A stretch of 64,000 bases of DNA. Origin: Candidatus Hypereutrophica brisbanensis. Lineage in GTDB: Bacteria; Pseudomonadota; Alphaproteobacteria; Pelagibacterales; Pelagibacteraceae. The stretch covers positions 10,218 through 74,217 of the forward strand of contig JAYQTL020000005.1 in assembly GCA_038147375.2 (NCBI GenBank), read 5' to 3'. Position 1 is the stretch's first letter. Each line of letters opens with the position of its first letter. The position numbers were made by a program, and so were the translations under genes. Shown in pieces: positions 30,165 through 39,508 of the stretch. The notes under the pieces are model-generated. The model did not search any database. It saw nothing but the letters and a program-made list of their open reading frames with translations, and had not been told where the DNA came from.

Positions 30165-31205
30165 ATGAAATTCAGAAAACTTCCGGGCACAGAACTAAAT
30201 ATAAGCCAAATATGTCTTGGAACTATGACTTGGGGACAACAAAACTCTCAAGAGGATGGTTTTGCGCAGATGGATTATTCATTAGAAAAAGGAATTAACT
30301 TTTTTGATACAGCTGAATTGTATGCGACACCACCCATGGATCATTCTTATGGAAAAACAGAAGAAATTATTGGTAACTGGTTTGCTAAAACAAAAAAAAG
30401 AGACAAGATTGTATTAGCATCTAAAATTGCAGGACCTGGTTGGAAATGGATCAGAGGTGGTGGAAATGAATACCATGCAAAAGGAATAGAAACGGCTTTG
30501 CACGATAGTCTAAAAAGACTTCAAACAGATTACATTGATCTTTATCAACTCCACTGGCCTGAAAGAAGTACAAATTTTTTTGGTCGTTTGGATTACGATC
30601 ATAATCCAAATGAAACTAAATGGCATGACTTAGAGTCAGTTTTAAGAATTTTAGAAAAATATATTAAACAAGGAAAAATTAGATACATCGGGGTATCAAA
30701 TGAAACTCCTTGGGGGTTTTCAAAATTTTTAGAAATAGCAAAACTAACTGGTCTACCAAAAATTGTTTCTGTTCAAAATCCTTACAGTCTTTTGAACCGT
30801 ACATATGAAATTGGTATGGCAGAAATTTCTTGTAGAGAGAATGTTGGTTTACTAGCCTATTCACCTTTAGCTTTTGGATACCTTTCTGGAAAATATAGAA
30901 ATAATCAAATGCCAAAAAATTCAAGAATGGGTTTATACGCAGATATCTGGCCAAGATATAGAAAAGAGAATGGTTACAAAGCGGTCGACGAATATTTCAA
31001 GGTTGCCCAAAAACACAATCTATCTTTAACAGCGATGTCCTTAGCATTTGTAAATACAAGACCCTTTGTTGCAAGTAATATTATTGGTGCTACTACGATG
31101 GAACAACTTAAGGAAAATATAGAAAGTATTGACGTAGAAATAAATAAAGAGATTGTTGAAGATATTAATAAAGTTCACTTAAATAATCCAAATCCTACAC
31201 CATAA
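30165..31205 (+). CDS. Aldo/keto reductase, Tas-like (copy 1)
   Basis: LGTMTWG, DTAELY, LYQLHWP, GVSNETPWG, LAYSPL, IIGAT. Confidence 0.93.
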   Translation: MKFRKLPGTELNISQICLGTMTWGQQNSQEDGFAQMDYSLEKGINFFDTAELYATPPMDHSYGKTEEIIGNWFAKTKKRDKIVLASKIAGPGWKWIRGGGNEYHAKGIETALHDSLKRLQTDYIDLYQLHWPERSTNFFGRLDYDHNPNETKWHDLESVLRILEKYIKQGKIRYIGVSNETPWGFSKFLEIAKLTGLPKIVSVQNPYSLLNRTYEIGMAEISCRENVGLLAYSPLAFGYLSGKYRNNQMPKNSRMGLYADIWPRYRKENGYKAVDEYFKVAQKHNLSLTAMSLAFVNTRPFVASNIIGATTMEQLKENIESIDVEINKEIVEDINKVHLNNPNPTP

Positions 31206-31252
31206 CTAAATAACGTTTTGATGTTAAAACCAAAATCAAGTAATGAATCACT

Positions 31253-32293
31253 ATGAAATTTAAAAAGTTAGGTAATACAAATATTAACGTAAGTTTAATT
31301 TGTTTAGGCACCATGAATATGGGCGAGCAAAATACTGAAGCAGAAGGTTTTGAACAAATGGATTATGCTTTTGATCAAGGTGTTAACTTTTTTGATACAG
31401 CAGAAGTTTATTCAGTTCCACCTAGAGAAGAGACTCAAGGAAAAACAGAAGAAATTATTGGTAACTGGTTTGCTAAAACTAAGAAAAGAGACAAAATTAT
31501 ATTAGCAACAAAAATGGTTGGACCAGGTCCAAGTTGGATAAGAGGTGGCGGTGGAAATTTTACAGAAAAGAATATGGCTCTTGCCATTGAAGGGAGTCTA
31601 AAAAGACTACAAACAGATTATATCGACCTTTATCAATTACATTGGCCAGAAAGAAACACAAATTTTTTTGGCAAACGAGATTATGCGCATAGTGATAACG
31701 AACAAAAATGGAATGATATTGAGTCTGTTTTAATTGGTCTTAAAAAATTTGTAGACCAAGGAAAAATTAGATATGTGGGTTTATCCAATGAAACTCCGTG
31801 GGGATTTTCAAAATTTTTAGAAATTGCTGAAAGAAATAAATTACCGAGAGTCGTATCAGTTCAAAATCCATATAATTTATTGAACAGAGCTTATGATATT
31901 GGAATGTCAGAAATTTCATGCAGAGAAAAAGCAGGACTTTTAGCTTACTCACCTTTAGCGATTGGGTATTTGTCAGGCAAATATATGAATGATCAATTGC
32001 CTAAAAAATCTAGAGTAGCTTTGTATTATGACTTCTGGGTTAGATACCGAGAAGACAATGCAAAAAAAGCTGTTGTAAGTTATTTCAATTTAGCAAAAAA
32101 AAATGGACTAAGCTTAACTCAGTTAGCTCTTGCGTTTGTAAACTCTAGGCCATTTGTAACTAGCAATATTATAGGCGCTACAACAATGGAACAATTAAAA
32201 GAAAATATTGGTAGCGTGAATGTAAATTTAGACGAAAAAATAATTGAAGAAATAAATTTAATACATGCTGGAAATCCAAATCCAACGCCATAA
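31253..32293 (+). CDS. Aldo/keto reductase, Tas-like (copy 2)
   Basis: LGTMNMG, DTAEVY, LYQLHWP, GLSNETPWG, LAYSPL; same length (346 aa) as copy 1. Confidence 0.93.
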   Translation: MKFKKLGNTNINVSLICLGTMNMGEQNTEAEGFEQMDYAFDQGVNFFDTAEVYSVPPREETQGKTEEIIGNWFAKTKKRDKIILATKMVGPGPSWIRGGGGNFTEKNMALAIEGSLKRLQTDYIDLYQLHWPERNTNFFGKRDYAHSDNEQKWNDIESVLIGLKKFVDQGKIRYVGLSNETPWGFSKFLEIAERNKLPRVVSVQNPYNLLNRAYDIGMSEISCREKAGLLAYSPLAIGYLSGKYMNDQLPKKSRVALYYDFWVRYREDNAKKAVVSYFNLAKKNGLSLTQLALAFVNSRPFVTSNIIGATTMEQLKENIGSVNVNLDEKIIEEINLIHAGNPNPTP

Positions 32294-32337
32294 AGACTAA
32301 TTATTGAAATTAATTAAATTTAGTATAAAAAATCAAA

Positions 32338-32838
32338 ATGAATTTTAAAAAAATTATCTGCTTTATTTCCATTGTATTTTTAACTTCAAATGCTTTTGCA
32401 GCTAATCCTGTTTCTGGTGGAAAATTTAAAGATTGGGAAGTTTTTACTGCAGATACTGAACAAGGCAAAATTTGCTTTGCTCAATCTGAACCAAAAGAAA
32501 GATCACCAAAAAATTTTGAAAGAGAACCTTCAAGACTTTTTGTAACATTTAGACCAAATGAAAATGTTAAAGACGAAGTAAGCGTTACAAGTGGTTACAC
32601 TTTTAAACCTTCAACAGTGAACGCAAAGTCTGGTAAAAATGAATATCCTTTCTTTTCAAAAGAAAACTTTGCATGGATTGAAGATGAGAAAAATGAACAA
32701 CAGTTTATAAGTCTTATGAAAAAAGCTTCAAATATAATGATCATTGCAAATGAACCTAAAGGTTCTCAAACAGTTGATCATTATTCTATGATGGGTTTCA
32801 CAAACGCTTATAATGCAGCTAAAAAAAGCTGTAGCTAA
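32338..32838 (+). CDS. Exported invasion-associated locus B (IalB)-like protein
   Basis: Signal peptide, FKDW.V, KICFAQS.P, D.YSMMGFT.AY..A...C. Confidence 0.75.
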   Translation: MNFKKIICFISIVFLTSNAFAANPVSGGKFKDWEVFTADTEQGKICFAQSEPKERSPKNFEREPSRLFVTFRPNENVKDEVSVTSGYTFKPSTVNAKSGKNEYPFFSKENFAWIEDEKNEQQFISLMKKASNIMIIANEPKGSQTVDHYSMMGFTNAYNAAKKSCS

Positions 32839-32841
32839 TAA

Positions 32842-34023
32842 ATGAAAAAAATTGTCCTAGCTTATTCTGGTGGTCTTGATACCTCAATCATCTTAAGATG
32901 GTTGCAAGAAAACTATGATGCTGAAGTTATTGCTTATACGTCTGACATTGGCCAAGTTATTGATAGAAAAAAAATAATTAGAAACGCTAAAAGACTTGGA
33001 GTTAAAAAAATAATTATAGAAGACTTAAAAGATGTTTTTGTAAAAGACTATGTATTTCCAATGTTAAGAGGCCATGCTTTATATGAAGGAACTTATTTAT
33101 TAGGAACTTCAATCGCAAGACCATTAATTGCTAAAAGACAAATCCAAATCGCAAAAAAATATGGTGCATATGCTGTGTCACATGGAGCAACTGGAAAAGG
33201 TAACGACCAAGTGAGATTTGAATTAGGTTATGCTTTCTTTGGAAAAAAAATAAAAGTTATTGCACCTTGGAGAGAATGGAACCTTGCCTCAAGAACAGAT
33301 TTAATTAAATACGCACAAAAAAATAATATTCCTATACCAAAAGATAAAAAAGGTGCGCCACCTTTTTCTGTAGATGATAATCTTTTTCACACATCAACAG
33401 AAGGTAAGGCTTTAGAAGATCCAAAAAATTCTGCACCTGAATTTATTTTTCAAAGAACAATCTCACCTGAAAAAGCACCCAATAAACCAACTAGTGTAAA
33501 AATTGGTTTTAAAAATAGTGAGCCAGTTTCTATTAATGGAAAAAAATTAAGTCCTTCAAAACTTCTAGAAAAATTAAATCAGATTGCTGGAAAAAATGGA
33601 GTTGGCAGAGTTGATTTAGTGGAAAATAGATTTATTGGAATTAAATCTAGAGGCGTTTATGAAACACCAGGCGGAACTATTTTATACAAAGCTCATAGAG
33701 CAATGGAGTCTGTCACTTTAGATAAAAAAACTATGCATGAAAAAGAAAGAATTATGCCTCTTTATGCTGAGCTAGTTTACAATGGTTACTGGTTTTCAAA
33801 AAAAAGAATTAATCTTCAAAAAATAATCGACAGAAATAGAAATAAAGTAAACGGATTTGTGAAATTAAAAATTTACAAAGGTAACGTTACGATCATGTCT
33901 CGAAATACTTCAAGTAAAGCTTATTCTATGAAAAAGGTTTCTTTTGAAGAAAATAAAACATTTAATAAGTCAAAGGTAGAGCGATTTATTAAGTTTCATG
34001 CAAATCAATTACATAAAGCCTAA
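32842..34023 (+). CDS. argG: Argininosuccinate synthase
   Basis: LAYSGGLDTS, HGATGKGNDQVRFE, SRGVYETPGGT. Confidence 0.97.
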   Translation: MKKIVLAYSGGLDTSIILRWLQENYDAEVIAYTSDIGQVIDRKKIIRNAKRLGVKKIIIEDLKDVFVKDYVFPMLRGHALYEGTYLLGTSIARPLIAKRQIQIAKKYGAYAVSHGATGKGNDQVRFELGYAFFGKKIKVIAPWREWNLASRTDLIKYAQKNNIPIPKDKKGAPPFSVDDNLFHTSTEGKALEDPKNSAPEFIFQRTISPEKAPNKPTSVKIGFKNSEPVSINGKKLSPSKLLEKLNQIAGKNGVGRVDLVENRFIGIKSRGVYETPGGTILYKAHRAMESVTLDKKTMHEKERIMPLYAELVYNGYWFSKKRINLQKIIDRNRNKVNGFVKLKIYKGNVTIMSRNTSSKAYSMKKVSFEENKTFNKSKVERFIKFHANQLHKA

Positions 34024-34047
34024 TAATCTGCTAACATAACTATAGTT

Positions 34048-34440
34048 ATGAAGATGATTAATTTTATTAGATACGTTCAGCTAGCAGCTGTTTTATTTGT
34101 ATTGGCTTCTACTTTAATAGCTTTTTTTATTGAGCTTAAAGTTATGTTTGAACAAAAACACATAGCGCTTGCCGACTTATTACTAATGTTCATCTACATA
34201 GAGGTAATAGGTCTAGTAAGATCATACTGGGAAACAAGGGCTGTAAGAATTACCTACCCTCTTGTAATTGCTATTACTGCTTTAGCTAGATACATAATTT
34301 TACAGGATAAAGATGGTGAGCCTGCAACTTTAATTTATATTGCTCTTGCAATTTTAATTATTTCAATAGCTGCAGTGGTAATCAGAATGAGAAATAGTAA
34401 GTATCTAAAAATTGATCATACTAAATCAAACGATCTTTAA
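34048..34440 (+). CDS. Phosphate-starvation-inducible PsiE family membrane protein
   Basis: LADLLLMFIYIEV.G, P..IAITALARYIIL. Confidence 0.85.
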   Translation: MKMINFIRYVQLAAVLFVLASTLIAFFIELKVMFEQKHIALADLLLMFIYIEVIGLVRSYWETRAVRITYPLVIAITALARYIILQDKDGEPATLIYIALAILIISIAAVVIRMRNSKYLKIDHTKSNDL

Positions 34441-35263
34441 AACATTTTAAAGTATTCTGAAGTAAACATGCAATTGTCATTGGACCAACCCCGCCTGGAA
34501 CTGGTGTAATAGCTTTTGCTTTTTCTTTTACTTTCTTAAAATCAACGTCACCAACTATTTTATCTCCAACTTTATTAATTCCAACATCAATCACGATTGC
34601 ATCTTTTTTAACCCAATCTTCTTTTACTAACTCCGCTACACCCACAGCAGCAACAAGAATATCTCCTTTTTGACATTCAGATTTTAAATCTTTTGTTTTT
34701 GAATGCACGATTGTAACGGTGCAATTTTCTTTTAATAAAAGTTGAGCCATCGGTTTCCCATTTAAATTAGAGCGACCTAAGATTACAGCATGCTTGCCTG
34801 AAAGATTTTTCTCTGTTTTTTTTATCAAATATAAGCAGCCAAGAGGGGTACAAGGTACTATGGCGTTATAACCTGATGCAAGATTTCCAACATTCACAGG
34901 ATGAAAACCATCTACATCTTTTTTAGGATCAATAGCATTAATAATTTTTTCTTTATTAATTTGGTTAGGCAATGGTAATTGAACTAATATTCCTGAAACT
35001 GAATCATCTTGGTTTAATTTTTTAATTTTTTCTAAAACTTCTTTTTCAGTTACATTACTTGGGTATTTAACGACATTCGAATTCATTCCAACTTCTTTGG
35101 AATTTTTTTCTTTGTTTTTTACATAAATTTGGCTTGGTGCAAATTCACCTATTAAAATAACAGTCAGTCCAGGTATTTTGTTATATTTTTCTTTTAAAGA
35201 AAGAACTTCTTTTTTAATTTGTTCTCTTAATAAAGCCGCTTCTTTTTTTCCGTCAATGATCAT
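34421..35263 (-). CDS. folD: Methylenetetrahydrofolate dehydrogenase/cyclohydrolase
   Basis: GILVQLPLP, KDVDGFHP, PCTPLG, TPVPGGVGPMT. Confidence 0.97.
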   Translation of the reverse strand: MIIDGKKEAALLREQIKKEVLSLKEKYNKIPGLTVILIGEFAPSQIYVKNKEKNSKEVGMNSNVVKYPSNVTEKEVLEKIKKLNQDDSVSGILVQLPLPNQINKEKIINAIDPKKDVDGFHPVNVGNLASGYNAIVPCTPLGCLYLIKKTEKNLSGKHAVILGRSNLNGKPMAQLLLKENCTVTIVHSKTKDLKSECQKGDILVAAVGVAELVKEDWVKKDAIVIDVGINKVGDKIVGDVDFKKVKEKAKAITPVPGGVGPMTIACLLQNTLKCFKDRLI

Positions 35264-35265
35264 AT

Positions 35266-35556
35266 CTAAATTAAAAACTTATAAAACATTTCATTAATAA
35301 AGTTTCTTAAAAAAACTAAACCTAGAATTAATATAATTGGAGAAATATCTACCGAACCTAAACTTGGTATATATCTCCTAATAAAACTTAAAGGTGGGTT
35401 GGTTAATTTATAAGCAACTTCTAAAATAGAATAAACAAAACGATTACTAATATTAATCACATTAAAAGCAACTAACCAGCTTGCAACAGCACTAATAATT
35501 AAAACCCAAATATAAATTTCAACCACTTGATTAAATAAAATTAGAATAGAATTCAT
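35266..35556 (-). CDS. YggT family membrane protein
   Basis: SWLVAFNVIN..NRFV, T.P.L..IRR.IP.LG.VDISPI. Confidence 0.9.
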   Translation of the reverse strand: MNSILILFNQVVEIYIWVLIISAVASWLVAFNVINISNRFVYSILEVAYKLTNPPLSFIRRYIPSLGSVDISPIILILGLVFLRNFINEMFYKFLI

Positions 35557-36638
35557 TATTTTTTTTCCACGTAAATAGAAGTACTTGGAAAAGCAAATGA
35601 TGCATTATTTTTTTCAACGATCGTTTTAATCTCCAAAGCAAGTGCATCTTTAACTTTAAGCCAATCGACGTAGTCGCCTGATTTTGTATAACAAATTAAT
35701 CTAATATCAATTGAACTCGCTGCAAATTTATCAATTTCAACTGACAGCATGGTCTCTTCGGATATAAGAAATTCTTTACTTGAACGAATGTAATTTTCAA
35801 TTTCCTGTTTTATCTTTTTTAATTGATCGCTGGTTGTTCGGTACTCAACTCCAATCATCCAATCAATTCTTCGATTAGTAATTAAAGAATTATTGATCAC
35901 AGCTTTTTCTGCAAATTGAAAATTAGGAATGGTAGCTAAAGATTTATCAAACCTTCTAATCACTGTAGATCTAAATCCAATGTTTTCTACAATACCTTCA
36001 ATAATACCTTCGACATAAATCCAATCACCTACTTGGAATCTTCGCTCAACTAAAACTAAAATACCTGAAATTAAATTTTTAAATAAATCTTGTGCACCTA
36101 AAGCCACCGCAACACCAAATAAACCTAGTCCAGCTACAACGGGGCCGATCTTTATACCCCATAAGTCTAATACTGCTGCTAGACCTAAAATAATTATTAG
36201 AACTTTAATTGCGTTAATGATCCAATTAACTAAATCTCTAGAGAGCAACATCTCGATAGACTTAATCACTACTGACAGAGGACCAATGACTTGATGAAAA
36301 GACCAAAAAATTAAAATGGTTATCAACGAACGATTAAGAGTATCAATAACATTGCTTTCAACCGTTAAATAACTTGTTGCAACAAAAAAACCTAAAACGA
36401 TTGGAAAAAACTTTACAGGACCTTCCAAGGCCTGAACGAGAGAATTATCAAACTTATTAGATGATTTTAAAACAAAGCTCTCCAACCTTCTTACAATAAA
36501 CTTTGATAGAACACCTCTTAAAAACAGAAAGAATATAAATATAGCTAGAGCAATAACAATCTCAGAAATATTAATTCCTGAAATTCCTTTTATCCAAACT
36601 TCTAAAAAAAGATTTTTAAAATTTTCTAATATGCTCAT
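35556..36638 (-). CDS. Small-conductance mechanosensitive channel (MscS family)
   Basis: GLGLFGVAVALGAQD..KNLISG, FQVGDWI, IGFRST, FAFPS. Confidence 0.92.
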   Translation of the reverse strand: MSILENFKNLFLEVWIKGISGINISEIVIALAIFIFFLFLRGVLSKFIVRRLESFVLKSSNKFDNSLVQALEGPVKFFPIVLGFFVATSYLTVESNVIDTLNRSLITILIFWSFHQVIGPLSVVIKSIEMLLSRDLVNWIINAIKVLIIILGLAAVLDLWGIKIGPVVAGLGLFGVAVALGAQDLFKNLISGILVLVERRFQVGDWIYVEGIIEGIVENIGFRSTVIRRFDKSLATIPNFQFAEKAVINNSLITNRRIDWMIGVEYRTTSDQLKKIKQEIENYIRSSKEFLISEETMLSVEIDKFAASSIDIRLICYTKSGDYVDWLKVKDALALEIKTIVEKNNASFAFPSTSIYVEKK

Positions 36639-36641
36639 AAT

Positions 36642-37334
36642 TTATATTCTTAACAATTCTTCTCCAGGATTAAAAACCTCGATTTTATTCCAGCCTGCTA
36701 ATTTAAAGGCTTTTGCAATTTTTTCACTTATACACATAACTTTTGAATGTGTCATCAATTGGGTCAAGGAATAATTTTTTACTATATCAATAAAACTTTC
36801 AGCGCTTCTTAAAGAATAAATGTAAACTAAATCCGGTGGATACTGGTTTAGTAAATTTTTATTTTCATTATTTAACTCAGTTATTTTTGTTGATTGATAA
36901 TTAATAATTTTATCTATTTGAAATCCTTCTTTTTTTAACTCACCTTCAAGATCATACGAAATATAATCCCCACAAAAATAAGCTAATTTAGATTTTTTAT
37001 TTACTTTGTCTGAAATTAAAATCAAATTTTTTAATGCATTGACAGTCCCTCCTGCTGAAATAGTATTGGTAAATCCATTTTGTCTTGCAATTTTTTCTGT
37101 CATGGTGCCAACACAAAAACATTGAATTTTTTTGTTATTATTTTTTAAACTTAAATGTCTAATTGCATTTGCGCTTGTGAAAATAAATGCATCATAGTCA
37201 TCAGAATTAATTGAAGATGCATTGTTTGAAGTAATTTTTAAAGTTGGTAAATGAAAAATTTTATGTCCACTAGAAAATAATTTTTGCATCATATCTTCTG
37301 CATCAATTAAAGGTCTAGTAATTAAAATGTTCAT
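36642..37334 (-). CDS. hemD: Uroporphyrinogen-III synthase
   Basis: ILITRP, FTSANA, CVG..T, YS.RSA; follows hemC. Confidence 0.9.
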   Translation of the reverse strand: MNILITRPLIDAEDMMQKLFSSGHKIFHLPTLKITSNNASSINSDDYDAFIFTSANAIRHLSLKNNNKKIQCFCVGTMTEKIARQNGFTNTISAGGTVNALKNLILISDKVNKKSKLAYFCGDYISYDLEGELKKEGFQIDKIINYQSTKITELNNENKNLLNQYPPDLVYIYSLRSAESFIDIVKNYSLTQLMTHSKVMCISEKIAKAFKLAGWNKIEVFNPGEELLRI

Positions 37335-38251
37335 TAATTTTTTTTAAAATGATTTCCTGCTTTTTTTAAAAGTTCAGTTGCTACGGTGTAGCCAATGCTT
37401 TCTGCATCTTCAATTTTTCCTTTAACCTCATGATAAAAAGCTTCTGATCCGGAGTCTGAAAACAACTGTGAGCTTAATATTAAATATTGACCCTCTAATC
37501 TTGCAAAGCCGCCAACAGCTGTATCGCAGTCTCCACCTAAAACTTTTAATAAATTTCTTTCTGCGATTGCGCATACTCTTGTTTCATGATGATCAACTGG
37601 TTTTAAAATTTCTGTAATTTCTTTATTTTCTTTTTTACATTGAGCAGCAATAATTCCTTGTCCAACTGCTGGCAGCATTTCAGAAGTTGAAAAAATTTGC
37701 TTAGCGTGTTGTTCGAGCTCAAGAGATTTAAGGCCAGCCAAAGCAAGTATAATTGCATCGAATTCGCCATCTTTTAACTTTTGTATGCGAGTATCAATGT
37801 TGCCTCTTATATTTTTAACTAAAATATTTTTATTTATTAACTGTAACTGTAAATTTCTTCGTCTCGAACTGGATCCTATAATGGCATTATCTAACTGTTT
37901 AATATTATTAAATTTTAAACTCACTAAAGCTTCTCTGGGATCGTTTCTTTCAATATAGGCTCCAATATGTAGAGATTCTATTTCCTCTGAAGCCATATCT
38001 TTTAAAGAATGAATAGCGATATCAATTTTGTTTTGCAGTAAGGCTTCTTCGATTTCTTTACAAAATAAATTTTTTCCACCTATTTCTGATAATTTTTTAT
38101 CATGAAATATATCTCCCGATGTTGTGATCGGGCTAATTTCAATCATAGCATCAGATAAATGAGAATTTTTTTTTAAAATTAACTTCCTAACTCTATTTGC
38201 ATAAGCAAGAGATAGTTTGCTCCCTCTTGCTCCTATAATAATTTTTTTCAT
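37334..38251 (-). CDS. hemC: Hydroxymethylbilane synthase
   Basis: RGSKL, GGKNLF.KEIE, HSLKD, GSSSRRR, RGNIDTR, PAVGQG. Confidence 0.96.
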   Translation of the reverse strand: MKKIIIGARGSKLSLAYANRVRKLILKKNSHLSDAMIEISPITTSGDIFHDKKLSEIGGKNLFCKEIEEALLQNKIDIAIHSLKDMASEEIESLHIGAYIERNDPREALVSLKFNNIKQLDNAIIGSSSRRRNLQLQLINKNILVKNIRGNIDTRIQKLKDGEFDAIILALAGLKSLELEQHAKQIFSTSEMLPAVGQGIIAAQCKKENKEITEILKPVDHHETRVCAIAERNLLKVLGGDCDTAVGGFARLEGQYLILSSQLFSDSGSEAFYHEVKGKIEDAESIGYTVATELLKKAGNHFKKN

Positions 38252-38312
38252 TAATAACCTATATTTCTATGATTTCTACTTTATACTATTCTTTTTACGA
38301 GTTTAAAAAATA

Positions 38313-39392
38313 ATGAAAAAAAATATTAAATTTTTAGGGATAGAAACTAGTTGTGATGAAACAGCGGCTGCTGTTATTCAAGAAAATGAAGATGGTTCAG
38401 CAAAAATTTTATCAAATGTTGTCTCAAGCCAAATTAAAGAGCATGAAAAATTTGGAGGAGTCGTTCCTGAACTAGCTGCAAGAGCTCATATCGAAAACAT
38501 CGACTTTATAATTAAAAAAGCTTTAACAGATAGTAAATCTGAGATTAGTGAGCTGGATGGTATAGCTGCAACTGCTGGACCGGGTTTAATTGTTTGTCTG
38601 ACTGTTGGTCTTAATGTTGGAAAATCAATTGCAGCTTTTGGAAACAAACCTTTTGTAGCAGTTAATCATTTAGAGGGGCACGCGCTCAGTCCTGGACTAG
38701 AACACAAAATGAGCTTTCCTTATTTACTTTTATTAATTTCAGGCGGACATTCTCAATATCTTATTGTCAAAGATATAAATGAATATGAACAACTAGGCAC
38801 AACAATTGATGATGCTTTGGGAGAAGCATTCGACAAAACTGCAAAAATTTTAAACTTAGGATATCCAGGCGGACCGAATGTTGAAAAGTTTGCAAAACTT
38901 GGTGACGAAAAATATTTTAAATTACCTGAACCTATAATTAATCGAGCTGGCTGCAATCTTTCTTTCGCTGGTCTTAAAACTGCAGTTTTAAGAGAAGCCA
39001 AAAAAATAAATAATGATGAAAAACTTAAATATAATTTAGCTGCTTCATTTCAATACACAATCAATCAGATACTTAAGAAAAAAACAAAAGAAGCAATGAA
39101 ACAATTTAAAGAAAAAATACCTTCAAAAAATAAAATACCTTTTATAGTGGCAGGAGGTGTTGCTGCTAATCAATCTATACGTAAAACCTTGACAGAGGTT
39201 TGTGAAGAGATGAATTTCGTCCCACAATTTCCTAATATAAAATTTTGTGGTGATAATGCAGCTATGATTGCTTGGGCTGGTATACAAAAATTTAAAAAAA
39301 ACCAAACTGACAAACTTGATATAGAGGCAAGATCTAGATGGCCGTTAGATCCAAATGCTAAGTATTTAAAAGGACCTGGTCTCAAATTATAA
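38313..39392 (+). CDS. tsaD: tRNA N6-adenosine threonylcarbamoyltransferase
   Basis: GIETSCDET, GGVVPELAARAH, NHLEGH, SGGHS, DNAAMIA. Confidence 0.97.
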   Translation: MKKNIKFLGIETSCDETAAAVIQENEDGSAKILSNVVSSQIKEHEKFGGVVPELAARAHIENIDFIIKKALTDSKSEISELDGIAATAGPGLIVCLTVGLNVGKSIAAFGNKPFVAVNHLEGHALSPGLEHKMSFPYLLLLISGGHSQYLIVKDINEYEQLGTTIDDALGEAFDKTAKILNLGYPGGPNVEKFAKLGDEKYFKLPEPIINRAGCNLSFAGLKTAVLREAKKINNDEKLKYNLAASFQYTINQILKKKTKEAMKQFKEKIPSKNKIPFIVAGGVAANQSIRKTLTEVCEEMNFVPQFPNIKFCGDNAAMIAWAGIQKFKKNQTDKLDIEARSRWPLDPNAKYLKGPGLKL

Positions 39393-39508
39393 TTAAAACT
39401 AATACTTTTTTGTGAATAAATACTCAGTTTGCGCAGCTGCTATCTTTTGTTTCATGTAATTCAAATTTCAATTTGTTAAAAGTAGTCTCATCAAAAAAAG
39501 AGGATATA

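Noticed and set aside
39430-39440. GC-rich TGCGCAGCTGC overlapping palindromes upstream of ppdK
   Set aside because: Too short to support an operator or RNA structure without comparative data
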